Source: Moniliella sp. 'wahieum'
Taxonomy: Eukaryota
Direction: 5' to 3'
NCBI GenBank assembly: GCA_003971905.1
Contig: RSEE01000109.1
Location: 185,319 to 205,318, forward strand
Length of the DNA: 20,000 nucleotides
In this document: positions 10,341-20,000 of the stretch, in pieces
Position numbering within the stretch: the stretch's first letter is position 1
How the letters are laid out: each line of letters opens with the position of its first letter
Made by a program: the position numbers and the translations under genes
Notes under the pieces: generated by a model
What the model saw: the letters and a program-made list of their open reading frames with translations, nothing else
The model's database searches: none
What the model was told of the DNA's origin: nothing

Positions 10341-10439
10341 CGTTCCATGTTGGGCTCGAACCAACGACCTCCCGATGCCAAAGGGGCACAGGCCGTCTGT
10401 GTAACAGTCGGACGCTCTAGCCAACTGAGCTAATGGAAC
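10341..10439 (-). tRNA. tRNA-Asn (GTT) with a 25-nt intron, second copy
   Basis: The reverse complement matches 5934-6032 at 98 of 99 positions. The single difference is in the intron (CCCCTTTGGC vs CCCCTTGGGC). Confidence 0.95.
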
Positions 10440-10696
10440 ATGTGGTCGGTCCCACATCCTGCGAATCAAAATGTGGGTGGCAAGCGCATTCATCTGGCGC
10501 GGAGAATCAAGGTGGCTATACAAAGCCCATATACCGGCCATACCGACTGTAGCAGTCTTCTTCTCCCCCGTCTACGGCTTCCCTCGCGTGGTTAAGCTGG
10601 TTTCCCAAAGGATACAATGGACATGAGGATGGACCAGGGTGGGGCCCACCCAACACAGTTTTTGAAGAGAGAGGGTACAAGCTAAAGGCGCAACGC

Positions 10697-11869
10697 TTAC
10701 TCGAAGACAGCCTTGAGCTTGCGGGGACCGAGGAAGGCGTCGGCCTCCTCGCGGGTCTGGAACTGGCCGTGACCGTGCTTGGACGAAGTGTCGATCCACT
10801 TGAGAGCGACGTTCTCGAGCGCAGCACGCGAAGTGTGGTGGGCCATCGACTTGCGCAACGTCACCACGCGCTTCTTGGTACCGGGGATGGAACCCTTGAG
10901 CAGGACAAAGTCCGAGTTGACGATACCGTAGTGGGGGAAGCCACCCATGGGCGTGATGGCCTTCTTGGTCGCGTCAAACTCGGTCGAGCCCGAACCCTCC
11001 TCCGAGCCAGTAGCGATCCGGTAAATCTTCTTGTTGAGCTCGGTACGGTGGTGGTACCCGTCCTGACCGGCACGCGCGACAGTGAAGCGCACGTTGGCCG
11101 GGTGCCAGGCACCAATGCAGGCAACCTTACGCAGACCACGGTGGGTCTTGCGAGGAAGCTTCTTAACGCCCCAACGGGCCACACACCCTCGTTACCGTGA
11201 CCCTTGGTGATCGAGATAACGTCAACAATCTCGTTCTCGGCAAAGACCGACTTGAGGTCGACCGTCTTCTCAAAGTGCTCCTTGGCAAAGTCCACCTTGT
11301 CCGATGGAGCCACCGTTGACCTGGATCTCCATCAGGTGCGCCTTCTTCTGCTTGAGGCCGGTCTTGGACAGCTGGGTGTGGGCAAGCACACGGACAACGG
11401 TGCAGTACTTGCGGATGCGCTCCAGCTCCTTGCTGATCGAAGCCCCGCCATCCTCAGAGTACTTCTTGGCGTAGGTAGTGAACGCCTTGCGCTTGGAGCG
11501 GTACCAGTTCTTGTAGAAGCGACGCTTGACTTCCTCCGACAGGTGCTCGGCCCAGACGGTCGTCAAGGCGCGGAGACCCTTGGGCGTCTCAATGTAGCCA
11601 ACCGCACCGACCACCACAAGAGGAGGCGCCTCGACCACGGTAGCCGACTCGACAATCTCCTTCTTGTGCATCTTGGACCCGGGGCGCTCGAGCTCGCGCA
11701 CAATGTGGGTCATGCCGGCCTTGTAGCCGAGGAACGCGGTCAGGTGCACGGGCTTCTTCGGGTCGTCCTTGGGGAACGCACGCACGCGGCCGCGCGGGTG
11801 CGCCGCACGCTTGCGCGGCAGGAAGGCAGTGCTGCCGTGGCGCGGGTGCTCGTACTTGCAGTGGGACAT
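10697..11869 (-). CDS. RPL3: 60S ribosomal protein L3 (uL3), intronless, 2 apparent frameshifts
   Basis: [95 protein letters not shown]. About 2 nt are missing near 11302 and 1 nt near 11183; the repaired length is ~391 aa. Confidence 0.97.
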
Positions 11870-12228
11870 GGCGGCGGAGGGCGTGTGGTCGTCGGCAGCC
11901 AGTCGGAGCCAGTCGGCGGTGGCAGGGGGGGGGGAGGCCGGGGCGCCAACGAGAAAACGCAGACGCAAAATACATAGGGTTGCGGAGTTGCACCGGGTGC
12001 CCCCCTGCGGGCGACGATTTATTGCGGAGAGGGCCATGCCTGGCGCCTGGTCCTGGGCGCTCATCCTGGCTGCACTCTGGCATGTCAAACGTTCACTAGT
12101 CACTGGCTTACATCAGGCACTTTAACCGGCGGCAGCGGCTGACCAACCGGCGACTAACGACGAACGCCACTGGGCAGCTCCGTACGCTTGGTCCTCAACT
12201 TTTACCGCAGTGCGCACCCGCGTTGGCC

Positions 12229-13738
12229 ATGGCAGACACGGCCGAGTGCCAAGAACGACAGCAAGATGAGATCCTCGCCATGTCCTCCATCCTCACCGAC
12301 CCCGATGCGGGAGAGGGCACCGTGTTCGAGCAACTGCCTCAACCGCCGGGCGGCGGCAGGTGCGGATGCGCATCGCCATCCACTTCCCCGACAGCACCCG
12401 CCTCGTTGTCCTCAAGCCGACGGGCACGTGCTTGGAGCTGACCCATCTGCCTCCGAGTGAGGTGACTCTGGTGCTGCCGTCGTTGTATCCCACTCACTCT
12501 CCGCCCACCGTGGTCCAGGCCCAAGCGGTGTGGGCCAATGGGCCGTTGGCCGTCCCCGTCGAGCAAATTTGGCGCGACGCTGGGAAAATGGAGAGCCTGC
12601 TCTACATTTCCGAGTGGCTCGGCCAAATCATGTGGGAAGAGGGGGGTCCCTTTGTCCGGAATGGCAGGATCGAACTGGATCTCGGTTCCGATCAAGCGTG
12701 CCGAGCTGTCCAAACCCAGCTCCTTGCCTACGAAACTCACTCGACCCAGGCCGATTTCGAAGCTGGCTCGTACGAATGCGTTCTCTGTCTCTCCAGCTCG
12801 CGCGGGGACCGATGCATCCGTCTTACCAACTGCGGCCACACATTTTGTACCTCCTGTCTCCGAGATGGGATTAGCTTGTACGCACGCGAAGGGACTTCCA
12901 AGCCGCTCGTGTGTGTCCGACCATCGAGTGCGGTGCTGCACGCAAGGAACTGCATCCTCCCCCCCTGGTCGACGTTGAGGCCCTTGATCTTTCCGAACCT
13001 GACCCGGCAAAAGTAATTCTCGGCGGCAAAGCCGTGCTCTCTCAAGAAGTCACTCCTGGCCTCGCGCTCGTGCCACACCATGTCGGCTACCTAACCCGAA
13101 CCGAGCAGCGATCCATCTTGGGACCCGAGCTTTTGGCACGGGTGGACCGGTTGGAGCTAGAGAATGCGACAGGGCAAGATGACTTTGCTGACTTTTGTCC
13201 CATCTGTCATTCGGTCGCCCTTGCAGAGGAGGAAACAGTGTTGGTTGATGACGATGGCAAGCCTGGCTTTGGCTCGTTGCTCATCTGTGTCAAGTGCGAG
13301 TTCCCTTTTTGCCGCTTGTGCGGCCATGCCTGGCACGGTCGCACACGCTGTGGACAAGATTTGGGCGCGCTTTCGGACCGGTACGCACAGGCAATCGCCG
13401 ATGGCGATACCGACACGACGTCCGAACTGGAGCGGCGATACACCAAGACCTATCTCGACCGTCTTGTCCAGGCCACCTCCACCTCCAAAGAGAGTCGAGA
13501 GTGGATCGAGAACAACACCAAGCCCTGCCCGCAGTGCCGAGTGCCGGTATTCAAGATTGATGGCTGCAATCACATTCACTGCCTCCACTGTGCGGCCCAC
13601 TTTTGTTGGCGCTGCGGTGAGGCCTACTCGGGCTCTCGGTTTTACGACCATTACTCCAACGTCAACAGCCGCTGTTTCAACAAGATGATCGATGTTCCAG
13701 GCGAAGAGGAGCAGCTGTTGAACCCGTTCACATTCTGA
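12229..13738 (+). CDS. ITT1: RWD + RBR (RING1-IBR-RING2) E3 ubiquitin ligase, ITT1/RNF14 type, 2 apparent frameshifts
   Basis: RWD start QQDEILAMSSIL and LPSLYPTHSPP motif; RING1 ECVLC...CGHTFCTSCL...CPTIEC; IBR CPIC...CVKCEFPFCRLCGHAWHG; RING2 KPCPQC...KIDGCNHIHCLHCAAHFCWRCG with the catalytic Cys. Frame changes at ~12360 and ~12912. Confidence 0.85.
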
Positions 13739-14220
13739 CATGGGTCTTGCCTTGCGTTTTTTTTTTGCTCTCTCCCACTATATATACCCGTCATGCATTG
13801 CATTTTGTTCGTATCATCTTTCCATCCACCTCTTGGATCTGGGATGCACTGACGTCACCTTGGCTCGGCATCTCTTCTGCACTTTGAGCAAAACATGCCT
13901 TCCCCGGCACGCAGTGCCGTTGTTGTATGAAAACGAGAGGATCCTATGCGACAAGACGGCCATTTGGAGTGCTTGACATGCCAACCATGATGATGCCTGC
14001 AGGGCAATGCGATCTGGTAGTGGTAGTGGTCCAAGCCAGCCCATGTAAGGACACGCCGGGAGGGGAATGGAAAACATAGTGCGAACGAAGGAGGCGCTGG
14101 ACTACTACCGGCGGAACGCGGGGGCGGAACCAGGCGGCTGCCGGGGCACCTGCGAATAATAATAAGGCCATCCCAGGCCAGCGCAGGTGGTTGCCTGAAG
14201 GGTGAGTTGAGCCACCAATA

Positions 14221-14932
14221 ATGCCTGTCCCGCGCCTGGGCGTCGGCGTGCGCGCCCTCAGCACCGCGCCTGCCCGCTGTGCCCCGCGCCCGCCTCGTCC
14301 CCGGCGTCTCCTCCTGCGCCTGCCCCCCCGCCCGCCGGCGACTCGGACGACAGCAAGGCGCATCCCTACGCCCCTCGCCGAGTTCCGCGCGCCCATCGAG
14401 CTCGACCACACCGGCTTCCTGTCCCGCCATCCCTTCTGGCGGCATGCCGGCCTGCTTGCTGCGCCGCGTCCCCCACTCGTGGTACTACCGCGACCTGCTC
14501 CAGCGGCTCGAGGTGGGCCAGATGCAAGCGCGTCTGCGCACCGCCCACCTCGACCTGTTCCACCAACAGTTTTGGCGTCTGCGCGGCGACCCAGCCGCCC
14601 TCGCTGCACCACCAACGCCCACCCTGGCCCAGCTGCCCCACCCATCGGTTCCTGCCCCGCCACCATCCATATCATCCTCATCGCCTCCTTCCCCTCCCCC
14701 ACCGACGCCGCGGTCGTGCCCAGCGAGGCCCCCGGTGCCGAGCAAGCACCGACCTGGCGCGCTGGATGTGCTCTACCATTCCCGCGTTGGGTCCGAGCCG
14801 GAACGCGAGTACAGCCGCGCGCTCTTCTCGCAGCTCCTGCCCACGTTGCGGCCTAGCTGGCAATTTGCCCGGCTCCAAATGTGGGTCCGCGTCGTGGGCC
14901 GCGTGGAACGCCTGTTGGGATGGGGCCCCTAG
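14221..14932 (+). CDS. Mitochondrially targeted small protein, probably COA8/APOPT1 (DUF2315)-like; frameshifted
   Basis: Arg/Leu/Ser-rich presequence (MPVPRLGVGVRALSTAPAR). Across shifts it reads HPYA/LAEF, LRTAHLDLFHQQFW, ALDVLYH...EREYSRAL and a basic/hydrophobic C-terminal helix, resembling the fungal COA8-like HPYSLxEF / LDxFNHxFW pattern from memory. Stop TAG ends at 14932. Confidence 0.5.
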
Positions 14933-15464
14933 TCCCTCTCCCTTCCCCTCCTTGCTTTGTTCGAGTGCCGGGCCCCTCGTTTGCATCTGCTCCAAAATCT
15001 CATCCCGTATCCAGTATCTTGATCCATTCGTGTCCCGGCTGCGTTGGACTGGGATGCGAATGTGCCTCCGTCGGGCCCAGCGTGAGTGAGAGGCTGGGGA
15101 TACGTGCTGCGCCACAGTATGTCCCGACCACGCTACCTACGTCCCTTCGCGTGCAAAACAAGACTTGCTACAGGCCTAACGACGTCCGATTGAAACCTCA
15201 GAAACCACGCCAAAGAGAGGAGGAACAAGCGACGAAAAAGGGAGGCCAGCAGGGCAGTGCGTGCGGCCTGGGAGGGCCCTCTGTTCTAGGTGTGCATTTG
15301 GAAACCGCCAGTGTTCGACGCTCCTACCATACCAAGTATGGGCTGCAATGGTGGTCGTAGTGTTGCCCACCAGAATCGCCCTCCCGCCGAGCCAGGCGGT
15401 GCAGGGAGTGTCACATGTCAGGGTGGAGTAACGCCGTGTGCTTCCCCACAAATGAAATAAGTCG

Positions 15465-16207
15465 GTGCGGGGTATATGTACGTACTATGCCAGTTGGGGG
15501 TTCACCAATGCCGGTGCGCAGCTCTCTTCAGCCGCGGATGCAGCCGCAGCTGGCCCAGGACCGCGACCTAGCTTTCGCCAGTCCCTCATGACGGCCGTGG
15601 GCACGGGTACGGCTACGGGCCAGAACATAGACGGCGGCCGCGAAGCGTTCTTGGACCCGCACGAACTCGTCGAGATTGCCCAGTACAACTCGCACTTCCA
15701 AATCGTGCTCTCGGGCACACGGCGCGCGGTGGACTACGTGTGCGAGGTGCTGCAGCGCGAGCGACTGGGTCATCGGGCGGTCAACCAGCCCGTAGCAGGG
15801 CCGTATGGGACGAGCCTGATGCGCGCGGCGGACCGGGCGGTGCAGCGGGCGATCGGGGCGCTGCCGCTGCGCGAGCTGGGCCGGGAAGGGGATTGCGAGC
15901 GCGGCCGGAGCTGGTGAGCGGGTACGATGGCGAGCGGACCAGCTCGGCGCCGGCGGTGCGGTGGGAGATGCAGGGCGGGCTTGCGCGGCCGGTGCGGTGG
16001 CTGGACGCGCTGGACCGGCTGCTGGAGCGCGGTGTGGAACGCTTCACCTGTCTCGGCCCGGGGCGGGCAGTGGGCCACCTGCTGAGCAAGGAGCTTGCCC
16101 ACCGCCAGCTGGCGGGGCGGCGTAGGCGCGTGGGCGGGGGTTGTACTCTACTCTACTGTTGTACTACTGTTGTTGCTGCTAGACTGTGGCTGCCACATCC
16201 CCCGTAG
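15465..16207 (+). pseudogene. C-terminal half of a malonyl-CoA:ACP transacylase (MCT1/FabD)-like gene; N-terminal half not found
   Basis: VEIAQYNSHFQIVLSGT, RAVNQPVAGPYGTSLM, then a shift at ~15900, then LVSGYDG...LARPVRWLDALDRL...GVERFTCLGPGRAVGHL, matching the FabD/AT-domain C-terminal motifs. There is an in-frame TGA at 15453-15455 and no FPGQG or GHS motif upstream. Confidence 0.7.
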
Positions 16208-16271
16208 GACAGTCGATCTTCGGGTGGGCACTGCGGGGTAAATATTAAATCTGGCTGCGGGCGAAGTACGG

Positions 16272-16556
16272 ATGACGTCATGGCGCTCTGGCCGGTGCTG
16301 CATGCATTGCAGATCCTTCTGAGACGCGCTGCAGAGGGCTCTGCGCAGCTCTCGCTCGGCGCAGCACAGCCAGCAGCGGCCGCCGAGACACCGGCGTTAT
16401 GCATGCCGGGACAGCGCCAGTGCAGGCGCGCTGGGGCGGAACCCGCACTGCCCCGTGCGGTGCTGGCGAGCGTACATCGACACATGGGCGCAGGGGCACA
16501 TGGCCTGTGTGCGCTTGCCTGCCCCCGCGCAGTGCCAGCCACGGCGTGTGACGTCA
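16272..16556. promoter_or_regulatory. Two ATF/CREB (CRE) palindromes TGACGTCA at 16273-16280 and 16549-16556 upstream of the Pil1-like gene
   Basis: Perfect 8-bp palindromes (the first is the 10-bp ATGACGTCAT), ~410 and ~135 bp before ATG 16690. Confidence 0.5.
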
Positions 16557-16689
16557 TGCTCTCCTGCGCATCCAGCGGGCCCAGCGCCCAGCAGCCCAGC
16601 GCTCAGCCCAGCGGCCTCAGCTCAGCGTGCGACGGACCGTCCAGACTGAACTCTGCCGTCCCGCCGCCACCTCGCCCCCCCCCACCACC

Positions 16690-19600
16690 ATGCTCGGCCC
16701 CTCCAAGTCGGGCGGCGTCGACACCGAGCTGCTCGACACGCTCATCCTCGCCGAGCGCAAGCTCGCCAGCACCCTTTCCCATGCCCACGCCGCCGCCGAC
16801 GCCAGCTCCGTCGCCACCGCCGCCTGGGCCTCCCCCGAGGGCCCCGCCGCGCAGCACACGGCTGCCGTCCTGACCGCCGCTCTCCAGGCCTCTTCCTCAG
16901 CCCTCGCCTCCTACGCCTCTTCCGTCGGCCCTTTGCCGCCGAGCTCGAGGGCCTCATCGCCAAGGAGGCCGCTGTCGGCGAGGTGGCCCGCGACCGCGAC
17001 ATCCTCGTCTCCCGCATGGTCCGCCTCACCAAGAAAAAGACCAAGCCGGGCCACGAGGCGCAGCAGCTCCAGGACATGGCCGACGTCCAGCACGAGCTCG
17101 CTGCCTGCGAGGCCGTGCTTGCGTCCGAGCAGAACGCGCTCTCTCTCGCCCGCCGCCAGGTGCTGACCCAGCACGCTCGCACCCGTCTCACCACCCTTGT
17201 TCAGGCCACCTCGGCCTCTCACCAGTCTGCTCTTGACGCCTGCACCAGCTGGATGAGCTCGAGCCTACGGGTATGCTGTTGATTTTTGTCCTCTGTCTTC
17301 TGCCACCTACTGACCTCTTTTTTGTTCCAGGCCAACACCAACGGAGCAGCCTGAGGAAGCTGCCGCTGAGCAACCATCTACCAAGGAAACCCAGGCGCCC
17401 GCTGTGCCACACCGAATCTGAGTCCAGGGTTGAGCCTGCCCTTGCTCCTAGTTCCCCTGTTCCCGCCGTACAGGAGACGATGCCTGAGGCCGACGAAGTG
17501 GAGCCTATCCCTGAAGCTGCACTGGATGCCCAGGCGCCCGTTGATGTGCTCGGCGAAGAGGCAGCTGTTCCTGAGACGACAGCAGAGGCGCAGGACCCTG
17601 CTTCGGCCTCGTATGAACACTACTCACGAACCTTCTCCTATGAGACGGCCGAAAATTGGTGTCGTGGCCCCAACCGCGACCGAACAGACGCCGGAACCTA
17701 GCACCCCAGCAGAACCCGCTCCCGAGTTGGCCACGGAGCGTTTGGCCGAGCCTGCTGTCGTGGCACAAGAGCAACTGCTCGCACCTCCTACCACGGCCGA
17801 GGAGTACGTTACCCCGACGGAAGAAGTGGAGGAGCCAGTGGCAGACGAGGATGAGTACGACGGCTACTCTTCCTCCGACCCGGATGCCGAAGCCGAGGTG
17901 CACCAAGGCACGTACGCTACCGAGGCCGCCCAGCGCACGGCGCGATACAATGCCCAGGCGGCCGCCCCCCTCCTCCTGCTAAGTATCTTCCGGCGTCGTT
18001 GCAGACCGAGGCTCCCAGTGCGCCCCGCGCCCCCTCGCGCTCAGCCGCTGCCGCAGTGCAGCCTGCCCACAACCCGCAGCCCATCGACGTCGGCCCAGAT
18101 GGCGCGCTGGACACGGTGGGCCTGGCAGCCGACGCGGATGTGGCACAGCGCTATATTGCCACGCACGACGCTGGCGATGCAGGCGAGGCACCTGCGCTGG
18201 AAAGGAAATCGTCCAAATTGACAAACGCCTTTCGCTGCGTCGGAGCGGTAGCAACTCAGCTTCTACCCCTGACAAGGCGGCGAAGCGTGCCAGCGGCGGC
18301 AGCTTCTGCACCGCCTCAACACGGTCCTCCTGACCGACATTTCTACGGCCGCAGGCGAAGCAGCCCACGAGCATGGCTCGTCGCATGTCAAAACAGAGAA
18401 GAGTGAGGTGGGCGAGGGCAAAGCGAGTGGCCTTCTGCGCTCCCTCTCGGCTCGGTCGCCCAAACGTACTTCGATCGCCCGCTCCACCCTGCATCGGGTG
18501 TGGTCTTGTCGGACGACGAGGCAGAGGACGCTTCCGTGCACCTCCGCACGAGTGGAAGACACGGATCGATAAGCACGCCGCACGGGCGACCGACGATGGC
18601 GGCAGCCAGCGTAACCATCACTCTATTCTTTCCTCGCGCCGGTTTGGCCTTCGCGACGGAAGCGATTCGGACGAGGCGTCGGAGGTGGTGGTGCACCACA
18701 ATGATCCGACCCAAGCGTGGCCCAGCAAGGACGCCATCTTTGGTGGAAACGCGCCTTCCTGCAGCAGCCCAGCGATGCGCCCCCCCGCCCCGAAGCGAAG
18801 CCATCCAAGCGCTCTCACCGCTCCGTCCCGCCGCACGTGTCGAAACGTGCCTGCAGCTGCGTTGACCCACGGCGAAAGCAGTCCTGCCTCGACCGACCCC
18901 CAAACGCCGCCGACGCCGGGCCAGGAACTGCACTCGCACCATGGCTCCTCTCCCGGCCGACACAAAAGGCCCCGCTTGCGCCCCACGAAGTCTACGTCCC
19001 TGGTGACGCTTCGGATTGGGTGGAGCAGGAAAGCTGATTCGCTCGCCACGTCGGGCGTAGGTTCGGTCCCTGAGCCTCGCGCGCGGGCGCCTCGGTTCGG
19101 GGTGGCTCGGTGCGCACCAGCTCGAAACGCGCCGAGGGGGGGCACGGTACGCACGACGTGTACGTCCCTGGCGATGCGTCCGATTGGGTCCAGCCGGGAA
19201 ACAGGATAGTCTGGCTCGTGCCGGTAGTGGCTCGGTGCGGGGCACAACGGCAGCCGCAAAAAGGCATGAATGGCACGTTGCTGCCCGCCGAAAAGAATGG
19301 TCCGTCCAACTGGATCGCACATCCGCAAGAGTACTGGACCGCGCAGGACCATGCGGCCCACGCGGGCGTCGTCCCGCGTGGCCAGGGAGACCCCACATCG
19401 GAGAGCGCCGCAGCCGAATGGAAGCACCACAAGAAACTCTACCGTCGCTCGGTGCGCGACAAGCAGGCGGCGCAAGGGCAGCCTTGGCGGCCCAGCCACC
19501 TGCGGAGCCCGTGGTGGAGCCGGAACCAGAGCCGGAACCGGTGGCGCCGCCCAAGCAGTACCTCGACCTCGATGCGCTCTACTCGGCGCCGGTGGCCACT

Positions 19601-20000
19601 CGCCTCCCCACCGAAGGTCGAGCCGGTGGCTGCGCCGCCGATGCGTTGGCCGCCGCCGTCGCGGCTCCTCCTGGACTGGCGTTGCCGTACGGCAGCTCGG
19701 CCCTGCCCCGTCTGCGCCAGCTGCCGCGTTGGCTGCGCGCCGGGCCCTGTGCTCCCCTCGCCCGAACAGCAGACCAAGTTGACCAGCCGGGCTCGGCAAC
19801 GAGCTCGACGCACCAACCAGCACAGAGATCAAGCCCAAACCTCGGTCGATGCGTACGGTGCGGACCAAGAGCAGCAAAAAGTCCCGTCGCACCGTCGATA
19901 CGACTGCCACCTCCGCTTCGCGCCCTACGGGAACAGGCACCGGCCACAGTACGAGGCGCTGCTCTACCCCCTGGCGCTGGCACCGCCCCGACCGACGCGG
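16690..20000 (+). CDS. Large protein with an N-terminal Pil1/Lsp1 (eisosome BAR)-like helical domain and a long disordered tail; runs off the window end; many apparent frameshifts
   Basis: DTELLDTLILAERKL...AAWASPE...ALASYASSV/...EVARDRDILVSRMVRL...HELAACEAVLASEQ resembles basidiomycete Pil1-domain proteins. Intron 17271-17330 (GTATGC...TACTGAC...CCAG) is followed by P/E/A-rich and then S/R/G-rich coding-like segments in alternating frames. That this is one gene all the way to 20000 is inferred. Confidence 0.6.
18984..19193 (+). repeat. Two 42-bp coding repeats (18984-19025 and 19152-19193) encoding H[ED]VYVPGDASDWV[EQ]
   Basis: Direct codon alignment shows 8 differences, 6 of them synonymous. 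Confidence 0.85.

Noticed and set aside
10697..11869. RPL3 as a retrocopy/pseudogene or a trichothecene-resistance allele
   Set aside because: Most neighbouring genes are also intron-poor, the indels fit the window-wide error pattern, and the Trp in IGAWHP (yeast W255) is wild type.
12090..12108. TAGTCACT resembling the Homol-D box (CAGTCACA) of ribosomal protein promoters
   Set aside because: It has two mismatches in an 8-mer and cannot be supported without comparison to other ribosomal protein promoters.

Overview
Eukaryotic, GC-rich, gene-dense fungal genomic DNA. It is probably a basidiomycete (Ustilaginomycotina-like), inferred from GTACGT/GTATGT donors, CTRAC branch sites, few introns and the protein sequences. 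Gene order: 3' part of MSH1 (+), UTP18 (-), DUG1/CNDP2 dipeptidase (-), intron-containing tRNA-Asn(GTT) (+), a small 4-exon complex I accessory (NUUM-like) gene (-), PP1/GLC7 (-), a degenerate AGC-kinase fragment (+), a second near-identical tRNA-Asn(GTT) (-), RPL3 (-), an RWD-RBR E3 ligase of ITT1/RNF14 type (+), a probable COA8/APOPT1-like mitochondrial protein (+), an orphan C-terminal half of a malonyl-CoA:ACP transacylase-like gene (+), and a long Pil1/BAR-like gene running off the window end (+). Almost every gene, including essential ones, carries 1-2 nt indels, mostly in homopolymers, so the assembly is very likely an unpolished long-read consensus. I see no clear multi-gene novel system, mobile element or CRISPR array. 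The best leads are a synonymous-diverged duplicated peptide motif in the Pil1-like tail, the inverted tRNA pair bracketing a kinase scar, a possibly catalytically dead MCT-like fragment, and an in-frame ORF abutting the PP1 start. All family calls come from motif recognition; no database searches were run.
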